Shown here one piece after another: positions 35,675-45,768 of a stretch of 52,475 nt of DNA (its first letter is position 1; the number at the start of each line of letters is the position of its first letter). Made by a program: the position numbers and the translations under genes. A model generated the notes under the pieces. The model was given only the letters and a program-made list of their open reading frames with translations, ran no database searches and was not told where the DNA came from. The DNA lies in the IMG/VR virus record IMGVR_UViG_3300024291_000003, positions 1 through 52,475 of that record. One strand, given 5' to 3'. The DNA comes from a virus. Lineage: Duplodnaviria; Caudoviricetes.

Positions 35675-38600
35675 ATGCCAGAATTTTTACACACGTTCCT
35701 CAAGGGTAAAATGAACAAAGACCTTGATGAGCGTCTAGTTCCAAATGGCGAGTACAGAGATGCTTTAAACCTAGAGGTGGCTACATCTGAAGGCTCAGAC
35801 GTGGGTGCGTTGCAAACACTTATCGGTAACGTTCAAAAAGAAAATCGTAGTTTAAACGACATAACAACTTTACATACTACATGGCAAGCATCTGGACTAG
35901 CATATATACCGGTTGATTCTAAATGTATAGGTACTGTTAAAGATCCTACTACTGAAAAAATATACTGGTTTATTGCTGCAAGTAGTATAAACGCTATTAT
36001 AGAATACGACCAAATAAGAGATGTTGTATATCCAATATTAGTTGAAAAAAAATCAGATTCTAACTTCTTAAAATTTAGTCCTGATCATTTAATAACAGGA
36101 GTAAATATATTAGAGGGATTCTTATTCTTTACTGATAACCAAACAGAACCTAAAAAAGTTGAAATTGAAAAATTTAAAGAAGGTTCAACAAGCTTCGACC
36201 AGACTACACAGATATTCGGTAGAAATATTGAAGAAGCAGATATAACTGTTATTAAAAAATCACCCTTACTGAAGCCTACTATATACAAAAAAGAATCTGT
36301 AAGAGACGGTGAGATTAGAACAACTACAAGTTTTGAATTTAATACCTTATCAACAGATCCTGAAGATGACCCGGATGAGGTTATCTCTATGGATTTTGGT
36401 ACTGTTATAACATTAGACTGGGCCGATCCTGCGGATTATATAGCGGGTGACTTTCTACTATTAAGCATACAAGATCCAGATGACAACTTTAATAGAAGCT
36501 TTCAAGCTAGAGTTAAAGTAACTCAAGTTGTTTCTGAATTGCAATGTATATGTGAACTACAAAGTGTAGGAGAAGACTTACCTCCTGGCGTACAAGGTTT
36601 TGACGTTGAGTTAGAACTTGACGATCCATTATTTGAGTTCAAATTCCCTAGGTTCGCATACAGATATAAGTATGACGACAACCAATTCTCAGCATTTTCT
36701 CCATTTACGGAAGTAGCTTTTATACCTGGTCAAGAATTTGAATACACGGGAGCAGATGGTTATAATCTAGCTATGACTAATAATATTAGGGTTTTAGAGG
36801 TAAGAGATTTTATATCTTCTGATATACCTGACGATGTTATAGCGGTAGATATACTTTATAAAGAATCCAGTAGCACTAATGTATACAGGGTTGATACTAT
36901 AGAAAAAAGTGCTCCTAACTTACCTGGTAAAGATTACAACCAATGGTACGATACGTCTTACCAAGGGCCCGCTAGCACAGGCTTTAGCGGTAGAATTAAA
37001 ATAGAAACAGAGCTAATATCTTCGTTGCTTCCATCAAATCAATTGCTAAGACCTTATGACAACGTGCCTTTAAAAGCGCTCGCACAAGAGATAACAGGTA
37101 ATAGGCTAGTATATGGTAACTACACGCAGAACTTTAACATGGTTGACTTTGCGGATAACGAGGTTATACCTAACTTTGAATTTAGTATAGTACATGATCC
37201 AAGCAAGAACGAGGATATAGACCCTGATACCGGTTTAAATAGCCAATCAGATCCTATAGCGGGTGTACCAATAGAATCTCTAAAGTCTATGCGTACATAC
37301 CAGATGGGTATCGTATATTTAGATGAGTACGGTAGACAAACACCTGTATTTACAAATGACTCTGGTGGTAGATCATTAGCAAAAGAATTCGCAGATCTTT
37401 ATAATACTATTGAGATCGGCATGTTATCGAACCCTCCTAAGTGGGCTACACATTACAAATTCTACGTAAAAGAAACTTCCAACGAATACTACAATATAGC
37501 TTTAGACAGATTTTATTTACCTGATGATGGTAGTGTTTGGTTGTCTTTCCCATCTGCTGATAGAAATAAAGTAGATGAAGAAACATTCTTAGAACTTAAG
37601 AAGGAACATGACAATGACGTATTTATAGCTGAGACAGCTAGGTACAAAATACTATCTATATCTAATGAAGCGCCTGATGCTGTTAAAATAAGAAGATCTC
37701 AAGTAGGTAGACAATCTACTCCGTTTACAGCCTCCGGTTATCCGCAAGTAAACAAAGGTTTCTTTGAGGTGCCAAAAGATGATTTTGAAGGTACTGACAC
37801 AGGTGGCGGTGGATTAGCCGATCTAAATAAAGAAAATAATCTTTCTTGTAGAATAATAATGGGAGGTAGAATATCCGATTATTTTGAAATAGAATGGATA
37901 AAAAAACAAGGAGCTGTATACAGAATACAATTAAGGTTCCCTACTGACGATAGTATAGATTTTGTACCGGAAGGACAAACTACAGGCAATATGGATATAG
38001 CCATATACCAATCGAAAGCAGAAAACAAGCCTGAATACCAAGGTAGATTTTTCGTAAAAATATATAAAGACAACGCTTTAGAACAAAGAATAATAAAGCT
38101 AGCGGAAGATGCTCAACTAACTGTTGAATATACAGCACAGGTTGCTTATATACAAAAAGACGGTAAGACAAGTTGGTGGAGAGACAGTGATCCTCGCGTG
38201 TCTAAAAAGTGGTTTTGGGATAAAGTACATCCGTTAGATGTAAGGAGAAGAGCGTCCCCTGATGTAAAATTCCAAAATGGTAATCAATTAGAAAGACCAT
38301 ATACTGGTTTAGGTATACAGACGGGCTCTAGGGATCTAACTATATCTTATCATGGTTTTGGTAACCCTTGGAAACAAAGTAGAGCTTTTTACAACCGCAA
38401 AGGAATTTGGTGGAATTGGCCAACTAACACACCCTCTGATGCTCATCATATAGGGTTTGCTAAATCGCTAGATACAACTGGTAGTGTATTTAGAGTAGCT
38501 GAAGATCCTGATAAAGAATTAGATGACCATACATACACAATAACCAAGAGTTATAGATCTGCTTATTGTGTTGCAAGCAGAAGAACAGGTAGACACGGAT

Positions 38601-41434
38601 CTGGTAAATATGGATCTAGGAGAGTCGTTAGATGGAATATTAAAATAGATAAACCTATAGCTTCAGCCGCTGGTCTACCAACACCAACTGGCAGTTCTAA
38701 TCCACCACAAAAGCCAATTGAATTTCTAAGGCTATACGCTGTCGACGCAGATACTTATACTTCTACAAACCCAGCTATATTTGAGACTTACCCAAAAGAA
38801 GCTATTGATTTAGATTTATATTATTCCGCAAGTGATATATATAGTATAGAGAATCCCGGCACAACAGAAGCAGCTCACCAACCTATCAAGAAGCTTGGTT
38901 GGTTTAATTGCTATACATTCGGTAACGGTGTTGAATCAGATCGTATACGTGACGATTTTAACGCTGTCCGTATAGACAAAGGTCCTGTTGTTTCTACTGT
39001 ACTAGATGAGGCATACGGTGAAGAGTTAAAAGCAACTGGTTTAATATTTTCTCAAATATTTAACTCAAGGTCTGGTATTAATAGACTTAATCAGTTTATT
39101 ATGGCTGAGCCAATAACAAAAGACTTAAACCCATATTACACTAGTGTTCAAAAACTACATTCAAGAGATACCGATTTAATAGCTCTATGTGAAGATAAAA
39201 TATTAAAAATATTAGCAAACAAAGATGCCTTATTCAATGCAGATGGTAATACAAACGTTGTTGGTAACACCGCTGTTCTTGGACAGTCTATCCCGTTTAT
39301 AGGGGAGTATGGTATATCTAAGAATCCTGAGAGTTTTGCTTCTTATGGGTTTAGAGCTTATTTTACAGATAAAAACAGAGGAGTTGTATTAAGGTTGTCT
39401 AGAAATGGATTAGAGGAAATATCGTCAGCAAATATGCGTGATTTCTTTGCTGATAACTTATACTCATCTTCTGTCTTATTAGGCTCATACGATGACGATA
39501 AGAACGTTTATAATCTTACTCTTAATAAACTTACTGATGAGTGGCAAAGCAAGCTTAAACTCGGCGAAAACAGATCGCAGGGTCGAGTTAATGAAAAAGC
39601 TATACAGCTTCCGCCTCACACAGGTACAACTGTTTCTTTTAAAGAAGATGTAAAAGGTTGGACATCCCGTAAAGACTTTATACCAGAAGGAGCTATATCT
39701 TTAAACAATGTTTATTATAGTATAAAAAAGGGTAGAATATGGGAGCACGGGGCTACTAATGCTACTAGAAATAATTTTTACGGTGTTCAATATGATAGTG
39801 CAGTGCGCTTCATGATAAATGAGCAACCTAATAGCGTTAAAAAATATAAGACTTTAAACTATAACGGTACAGAATCAAAAGAATACAGGTATAAAGTAGA
39901 AGGTTTCCCAGAAGTTCAAACATTTAGTTTAGCTGAACTACAAGCTAACCCATCTTATGTTCCTATTAGCGAAGTTTCTACACCTGGATGGTATTCAAGT
40001 TTAATACAAACCAATTTACAAGAAGGTAGTATTAAAGAATTCTTAGACAAAGAAGGGAAGTACTTTAATTATATAAAAGGTATTGGAACAAAATTTGAAT
40101 CAAACCATGATAATAACCTAGATAGCTCAGAGTTTTCAATGCAGGGAATTGGGCGAGCTGTTGTTTCAGGAGACGTACAATCGTCATTTATTATGCATGT
40201 AGAAGTTGATCCTACTTGTTATATAAGCAGGGTAGCTCCAGTAGTTGTAAATGGTAATTTAGATATATACGAAGACTGTTCTTCATGCGGCTCGATCGAC
40301 TTAGCTAATTTAACAACAAATAGTAATAGCCCAGCCGGCAATGTAACATATCAAATAGTTCAAGATAATACAAATGATGTATTAGCTATACTTAGCGGTA
40401 GTGTAATGCAATACCAATCTGTTACACCTAATTTTAATGGAAGCGCTGGCTCGTTTAACTTTACAGCAACAGACACTCTTAATGGATCCTCTTTAGTGAG
40501 CAACGTGGGCACTGTTACTGTTAATGTTATACCTGTTCCAGATGTACCTTACTTTGTAACAACTCCGCCAAATACTTCTCAGGCTGTAGGGGATCTTTAT
40601 ATGTACAATTTCCAAGTTGATGATGCAGATCACGCAGCTGGTGACTTAATTATAACGTCCAACAACTTACCTAGTTGGTTAACAATTGCCCATCAAATTG
40701 ATGGTAACTACGTGGTTAGTGGTATAATACCAGACACAAACACTTATAATTTTGATTTAATCGTAAGCGATACAGATAATCCACCAAATACAGCAACACA
40801 AAATGTTGAAACATCTAGTGCGTTAGCTAATCTTTTAAGCAATTTAGATATAATAGGTAGATACGTTAAAACAGCGGAACCAGCAGGAGTTTGGGTAAAT
40901 CCAAGTACAGGCGTTTCAACCCAAGTATGCGCGTCAACAGCTAACGGTAGTCACACTTGTAACTACGGTACATTCAATATATTAGCTAAAGGAGATTTAA
41001 TGTCTGCCCCTTTAGAAATTGGTAGAGTGTCTATATCGAATTCTGGTGGTGGTGGAAATAACGGAAGCGCGTCGACGGTTGTTGATGATGATGGCAACTA
41101 CACTCTTGATCTAGGGGTTCCTAGTGGTAATGAGAAATACTATACTCCACAAGGTACAGTTAGAAGTGATAAAGATAGATACGATGGTTTTCAAATAAGT
41201 GCTGCGGATGCTCAAACTTTAGCTAATGGATCTAGCAATGGACACATCACGTTCACAATGGAATGTGGAAGCACTAAGGTTTTGAGCAACGGAACAGTTG
41301 AACCACTATGTCATGCAGATGCATTATGGTTTCAGATATTTGATTTAAACGGACAACAAATACTATGTAGCGCTTTTACTGTTCAATCTTTAATAACAAT
41401 TGACATATACACAGGCCAACCTGTCGAAGACTAA
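35675..41434 (+). CDS. Tail nozzle/stabilization protein with Ig/cadherin-like C-terminal extension
   Basis: GKMNKDLDERL.P.GEYRDALN N-terminus, GEYGISKNPESFA, GWTS; C-terminal F.FTATD...VTVNV.PV.D.P.F and LPSWL modules. Confidence 0.75.
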   Translation: MPEFLHTFLKGKMNKDLDERLVPNGEYRDALNLEVATSEGSDVGALQTLIGNVQKENRSLNDITTLHTTWQASGLAYIPVDSKCIGTVKDPTTEKIYWFIAASSINAIIEYDQIRDVVYPILVEKKSDSNFLKFSPDHLITGVNILEGFLFFTDNQTEPKKVEIEKFKEGSTSFDQTTQIFGRNIEEADITVIKKSPLLKPTIYKKESVRDGEIRTTTSFEFNTLSTDPEDDPDEVISMDFGTVITLDWADPADYIAGDFLLLSIQDPDDNFNRSFQARVKVTQVVSELQCICELQSVGEDLPPGVQGFDVELELDDPLFEFKFPRFAYRYKYDDNQFSAFSPFTEVAFIPGQEFEYTGADGYNLAMTNNIRVLEVRDFISSDIPDDVIAVDILYKESSSTNVYRVDTIEKSAPNLPGKDYNQWYDTSYQGPASTGFSGRIKIETELISSLLPSNQLLRPYDNVPLKALAQEITGNRLVYGNYTQNFNMVDFADNEVIPNFEFSIVHDPSKNEDIDPDTGLNSQSDPIAGVPIESLKSMRTYQMGIVYLDEYGRQTPVFTNDSGGRSLAKEFADLYNTIEIGMLSNPPKWATHYKFYVKETSNEYYNIALDRFYLPDDGSVWLSFPSADRNKVDEETFLELKKEHDNDVFIAETARYKILSISNEAPDAVKIRRSQVGRQSTPFTASGYPQVNKGFFEVPKDDFEGTDTGGGGLADLNKENNLSCRIIMGGRISDYFEIEWIKKQGAVYRIQLRFPTDDSIDFVPEGQTTGNMDIAIYQSKAENKPEYQGRFFVKIYKDNALEQRIIKLAEDAQLTVEYTAQVAYIQKDGKTSWWRDSDPRVSKKWFWDKVHPLDVRRRASPDVKFQNGNQLERPYTGLGIQTGSRDLTISYHGFGNPWKQSRAFYNRKGIWWNWPTNTPSDAHHIGFAKSLDTTGSVFRVAEDPDKELDDHTYTITKSYRSAYCVASRRTGRHGSGKYGSRRVVRWNIKIDKPIASAAGLPTPTGSSNPPQKPIEFLRLYAVDADTYTSTNPAIFETYPKEAIDLDLYYSASDIYSIENPGTTEAAHQPIKKLGWFNCYTFGNGVESDRIRDDFNAVRIDKGPVVSTVLDEAYGEELKATGLIFSQIFNSRSGINRLNQFIMAEPITKDLNPYYTSVQKLHSRDTDLIALCEDKILKILANKDALFNADGNTNVVGNTAVLGQSIPFIGEYGISKNPESFASYGFRAYFTDKNRGVVLRLSRNGLEEISSANMRDFFADNLYSSSVLLGSYDDDKNVYNLTLNKLTDEWQSKLKLGENRSQGRVNEKAIQLPPHTGTTVSFKEDVKGWTSRKDFIPEGAISLNNVYYSIKKGRIWEHGATNATRNNFYGVQYDSAVRFMINEQPNSVKKYKTLNYNGTESKEYRYKVEGFPEVQTFSLAELQANPSYVPISEVSTPGWYSSLIQTNLQEGSIKEFLDKEGKYFNYIKGIGTKFESNHDNNLDSSEFSMQGIGRAVVSGDVQSSFIMHVEVDPTCYISRVAPVVVNGNLDIYEDCSSCGSIDLANLTTNSNSPAGNVTYQIVQDNTNDVLAILSGSVMQYQSVTPNFNGSAGSFNFTATDTLNGSSLVSNVGTVTVNVIPVPDVPYFVTTPPNTSQAVGDLYMYNFQVDDADHAAGDLIITSNNLPSWLTIAHQIDGNYVVSGIIPDTNTYNFDLIVSDTDNPPNTATQNVETSSALANLLSNLDIIGRYVKTAEPAGVWVNPSTGVSTQVCASTANGSHTCNYGTFNILAKGDLMSAPLEIGRVSISNSGGGGNNGSASTVVDDDGNYTLDLGVPSGNEKYYTPQGTVRSDKDRYDGFQISAADAQTLANGSSNGHITFTMECGSTKVLSNGTVEPLCHADALWFQIFDLNGQQILCSAFTVQSLITIDIYTGQPVED

Positions 41435-41439
41435 TAAAT

Positions 41440-42996
41440 ATGAGTAATACAACGGCAATAGACAATTTTACGGTAACCTCAACAGAGCATATAATACCAG
41501 GTGGAGAACTAATAGTTGACCACACTCAAGCTACGGTTCTTACTATATCTCCTAATCAGGGATACCAAGTAAATGCAACTGACTTTTTTATCAACTCAGC
41601 AAGCCCGGAGGTAGATGTACCTAATTCTTTTTTCTCTCAATCAGGAAGTGATGTTAAGCTGAATGTACTGTTTCTTGCTAATGCAGTAATGCCTTTTTCT
41701 AATTTAGAGATAAAGATATGCATGCGAGGCGGAGCAGGAGAAATTGGAGCTGTGGTAGGTGGGGTTATTTATTTCGACACCGCTAATGCATCACCACCAT
41801 TTGGCACTGCGACATTTTCAAACGAAGGACCCGCAGATACAACTGAAACCGTTATATCCGAGTTGATAGTAGCAGACGCGGATTATTACTTCCAACAAAC
41901 ACCAACTATATCTTTAAGATCTGGCGAGGCTGATAATTATAATTTTTATACAACCGGCTCTGTGTTTAACGCAGAGGGTAGATTAACAGCAATAAGAGTT
42001 AATGCCGATTATACTTATCCGTTTGCAAACGCGCAAGGTGATGAAATTGATATATACGGTCACGCTATAATTATACCGGTTATTAACGAGATAGTTACAG
42101 CATGGGGAATAAACACCTCTGTACCCGCTACGGTCGCGTCTAATAGAGACTTAGCTATATTTGGTGGTACTGGAGCACAATACAGTTTAAGTATAGACAA
42201 TGGGGCAACGTTCAGTAATAACCAAGCCACAATACAGGGGACTATACCGGTTGGACAAGCTCTTGAAAATATAAATTTTCCATCAGTAAAGGGCGGCGTG
42301 GTACATACTTTACAGTTTAATTTGAATTACCCTGCCGGGGATTCCGACTTAGACCCTGCGCGACCTGCAGAATATTGGACAATAGTATTCGATAGATCAA
42401 TTCCAGTTAATATAGAATTATCAGGAACAATAGGATCTTTTGATGGTATTCAAATATCAGACAACGGCCCAACCACTTGGCAAGGTCAGTCAACCAGCAA
42501 TCAATTAAGCAGCATAATGTTTACATTAGTTGGTCCAATAGGTACAACACTGGAGTGGAACGATACTTTACAAATACCTGAAAGCGCATTCACTAAGAAC
42601 GAAGATTTACCAGATGGAATATTTACAATAGCAGGTGCTAATAAAAACACAGATGGACCCAACCAGGTTGCTACATTGACTGTGCAATCAAGTACAGGAA
42701 ATACCGGTGTAAACGATATGAGTTTCTCTATGTCGGCTCTTACATTGCAAAGCTACTTAACTATTAATTATGAATGCCAGCGATATGATCTAACGGCAGG
42801 GCAACAAGAAGACGGTGTTTTTGAATATTATGACTGTGGTGATTTGTCGCCAACATTAGTAACAGTAAATATTGGTACAGTTAATCAAGTGTGTGCATCG
42901 ACAGTATTCCCACCAACATTAGTTAACGGTCAAGGTACTGTTGTGATAACACAAACACCTTGTGTGCCAGGGCCAGACTTACCGCCACCGGATTAA
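41440..42996 (+). CDS. Beta-rich virion structural protein
   Basis: Acidic, T/G-rich, LTISPNQGY motif; in tail module. Confidence 0.6.
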   Translation: MSNTTAIDNFTVTSTEHIIPGGELIVDHTQATVLTISPNQGYQVNATDFFINSASPEVDVPNSFFSQSGSDVKLNVLFLANAVMPFSNLEIKICMRGGAGEIGAVVGGVIYFDTANASPPFGTATFSNEGPADTTETVISELIVADADYYFQQTPTISLRSGEADNYNFYTTGSVFNAEGRLTAIRVNADYTYPFANAQGDEIDIYGHAIIIPVINEIVTAWGINTSVPATVASNRDLAIFGGTGAQYSLSIDNGATFSNNQATIQGTIPVGQALENINFPSVKGGVVHTLQFNLNYPAGDSDLDPARPAEYWTIVFDRSIPVNIELSGTIGSFDGIQISDNGPTTWQGQSTSNQLSSIMFTLVGPIGTTLEWNDTLQIPESAFTKNEDLPDGIFTIAGANKNTDGPNQVATLTVQSSTGNTGVNDMSFSMSALTLQSYLTINYECQRYDLTAGQQEDGVFEYYDCGDLSPTLVTVNIGTVNQVCASTVFPPTLVNGQGTVVITQTPCVPGPDLPPPD

Positions 42997-43007
42997 AATA
43001 AATAAAT

Positions 43008-43340
43008 ATGGATCAAATAACTTTAACTTTTCCCAACCCAATACAAGTGTCTGTGCAGATAGGAGATATTGCTTATTATACTAATGATCCTATGGGGTCA
43101 GAGGTTGTAAAAATAGGTGATGTAATTAACATAGACTATGGAGCAAGAACCATTAAATGCAATATTCCAGCATGGGCAATTAGACCCACTAATTCGTCTT
43201 TCATATTATTTACAAAAGACAACAAGGTTAACACTAGCGGTATTTTAGGATACTTTGCAGAGGTTGAGCTTAGGAATGATTCTTTAAACAAAGCAGAGCT
43301 GTTTTCAGTGGGTTCAGAGATATTTGAGAGCAGCAAATAA
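43008..43340 (+). CDS. Small structural protein
   Basis: SVQIGDIAYY...GYFAEV.L.N...AELFSVGSE..ESS. Confidence 0.65.
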   Translation: MDQITLTFPNPIQVSVQIGDIAYYTNDPMGSEVVKIGDVINIDYGARTIKCNIPAWAIRPTNSSFILFTKDNKVNTSGILGYFAEVELRNDSLNKAELFSVGSEIFESSK

Positions 43341-43357
43341 CATGTAATAATAATTAT

Positions 43358-43846
43358 ATGTCAAAAAATGAAATTAAATCCAATGAAAGCAAGCTTAGTA
43401 ACTTTGTACATCAATTAGAAGATTTACAAAATACTATGATTGAAAACAACCATTTAGAAAACGTATTTGGAGACGGCAAAAATCTCGTGAATAATGAAAT
43501 ATTCAAAATAGAAAGCGAGTTTTCAGATCAATTATACATGCGTAAAATGTATATGCCTAAGGAATGCGTAGTAGTAAGTGCAATGCACCACACTGAGCAT
43601 TTTTGGTTTTTATTAAAAGGACGAATACTGGTTACTACAGATGGCAACGAAGTAGAACACATAGCTCCTTGTTATGAAAAATCTATGAAGGGGGCAAAAA
43701 GATTAATATTATCTTTAGAAGATTCCTTATTCATAAACGTTCATAAAAACCCAACAAATACTAAAGACATGAAAGAGGTTGAAGAGTCTTTGTACTCTAT
43801 AACACTCGAAGAATATAATAAAAAAGAAAAACTATGGCAGGAATAG
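43358..43846 (+). CDS. Cupin-fold protein
   Basis: LYMRKMYMPK..VVVSAMH.TEH...LLKG...AP.....G.KR. Confidence 0.7.
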   Translation: MSKNEIKSNESKLSNFVHQLEDLQNTMIENNHLENVFGDGKNLVNNEIFKIESEFSDQLYMRKMYMPKECVVVSAMHHTEHFWFLLKGRILVTTDGNEVEHIAPCYEKSMKGAKRLILSLEDSLFINVHKNPTNTKDMKEVEESLYSITLEEYNKKEKLWQE

Positions 43847-44514
43847 CGAGCGCATTAGCAATCGGAGGCGCTGTAAAAGGACTCACCGGTATAGCCGGAG
43901 GAATTATAGGTAGTGGTAAAAGGAAAAGAGAACAAGCAGCAGCTCAAGAGGAGTATGATATGTTTAAAACCCAATACCAAGAACTAGATACCTCTAACTT
44001 ATATGCTAATTTAGAAAACACCATGGAAGACTTAACAGTCGACCAAAGAGCTGCAGAGTTCCAGTTGCAAGCACAGCAACAGGGGCAAGCTAATATTATG
44101 GAGCAAATGTCTGGAGCCGCTGGTGGTTCGGGAATTGCAGCACTAGCTCAAGCTATGGCTAATCAACAAACTTCTAATGCAGCGGGTGCAGCAGCAAACA
44201 TAGGCCAACAAGAGAGAGCTAATCAAATGGCTAAGGCAAGTCAAGCAGCTACTCTACAAAACCTAGAAGCACAAGGAGCTGAGCAAGCTAGATCTTTAGA
44301 ATACAGTAAAACAAGTACTCAACTAGGAATGGCTCAACAAAGATTGGGCGCAGCTAACCAAGCTAGACAACAAGCTACTCAAAGCATATTGGGTGGTGTT
44401 GGAGACCTAGTGGGATCAGCAGCAGGGGCTGCATCAGCGGGAGCTGGAGGTGGTAATATGCTGAGAGGGGGTCTTGGTCAAAACCTATTAAAAGGCTTCG
44501 GCTTAGCAGGTTAA
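43834..44514 (+). CDS. Internal virion (ejection) protein
   Basis: G/A-rich hydrophobic ends, Q/A-rich coiled coil. Confidence 0.65.
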   Translation: MAGIASALAIGGAVKGLTGIAGGIIGSGKRKREQAAAQEEYDMFKTQYQELDTSNLYANLENTMEDLTVDQRAAEFQLQAQQQGQANIMEQMSGAAGGSGIAALAQAMANQQTSNAAGAAANIGQQERANQMAKASQAATLQNLEAQGAEQARSLEYSKTSTQLGMAQQRLGAANQARQQATQSILGGVGDLVGSAAGAASAGAGGGNMLRGGLGQNLLKGFGLAG

Positions 44515-44526
44515 ATATAATAAACT

Positions 44527-45753
44527 ATGGCAAAAAAAGCAACAGCAGCACGTAATTACGGCGCGGACAATGCCCTTATTCAAGGAGAGGCTAACATGCG
44601 TAAGACCACCGGATTTCAAAACATAGCAGCAGCGTTTGATGCTCCTATGAATAGAATGAAGGAGATGGCGTCTGTTATAAGTCGTAAAAACCAAGCTAGG
44701 AATGCTAAGGTAGAATCCTATATGAGTGCATTGAATGCGAATATAGATGTAACTGCTTTAACAGAAAATGATCAAAAAGAAGTTAATAATTACTTGATGC
44801 AGTCTAAAGACGAATATGCAGAAGCAGCATCGGCTATAACTAATTTTACAGCAGGTACTCCAGAATATATGGAGCAATTAGATATAATGAATGGTGTTAA
44901 AAACGGTTTAGCAAATTTAAAAACTGAATTAGACGGTTTTGAGCAATCCAAAGGCACTTACTTAGAGGAATTTAAAGACTTATCTTTAGGTAACAATACT
45001 AACAGATCAGACACAGCTGCAAACATTTTTACGGGAGAAACTAGGTTTTCTATAGGCACTGGTGGTCATTTGCATTTTACTGGTAGCGATGGAACTTCTA
45101 TACCCTATTCTAAGCTAAAAATGCCATTTAAAAAAGATTACAAGCAAGCAATGGGTTTCAATGATCTATTCACTCCTATATATAATTCAGGACTGTACGA
45201 TAACAATAAAAAGAAGACGTTCGAAGATAGGATAAGAATTATTGCAGAATCTAATCCTGACGGTATGAAATCAATAATAGCTGATGGTTTGACAAGCTAC
45301 GGTGATTATCAATCATTAGTACCTCTATTAGAGGATCCATCAAGGCAAGATGAGCTTACAGATAAGTTTATAGCTATAGCATCAGGGGCAGCAAGCGAGG
45401 CTGCTAGAGAAGGCAAAATACAAAAGGACAAAAAGAATAGAGGCAATGGATCAGGCGAAAGTGCAACCCATTACGCTCCTCAATATTACACGGATCTTCA
45501 AGGGCGTAAGGTTTCTTTTAGAGAATCTAAAATGCCGGGTAAATATGAAGACATAACTAAATACCTTCCAATGGGTTCTGATAGTACTCCTGATTCAGGT
45601 GATGCAGAAAAGCCTGATGGTAAGTTAACTAGACAGGAAATTATAGCTCAAGGAGCTAAAGAAGCAAGGGAAGCCAACCTTACTGAAGCTGGAACCATGG
45701 ATGCCATAAACAAAAAGTTAGAGGCAGCAGGTATGGAGCCTATGAGTAAGTAA
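44527..45753 (+). CDS. Internal virion (ejection) protein
   Basis: Helical 408-aa protein between the pilot-like gene and the giant gene. Confidence 0.55.
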   Translation: MAKKATAARNYGADNALIQGEANMRKTTGFQNIAAAFDAPMNRMKEMASVISRKNQARNAKVESYMSALNANIDVTALTENDQKEVNNYLMQSKDEYAEAASAITNFTAGTPEYMEQLDIMNGVKNGLANLKTELDGFEQSKGTYLEEFKDLSLGNNTNRSDTAANIFTGETRFSIGTGGHLHFTGSDGTSIPYSKLKMPFKKDYKQAMGFNDLFTPIYNSGLYDNNKKKTFEDRIRIIAESNPDGMKSIIADGLTSYGDYQSLVPLLEDPSRQDELTDKFIAIASGAASEAAREGKIQKDKKNRGNGSGESATHYAPQYYTDLQGRKVSFRESKMPGKYEDITKYLPMGSDSTPDSGDAEKPDGKLTRQEIIAQGAKEAREANLTEAGTMDAINKKLEAAGMEPMSK

Positions 45754-45768
45754 TTAAAATAAAATAAT

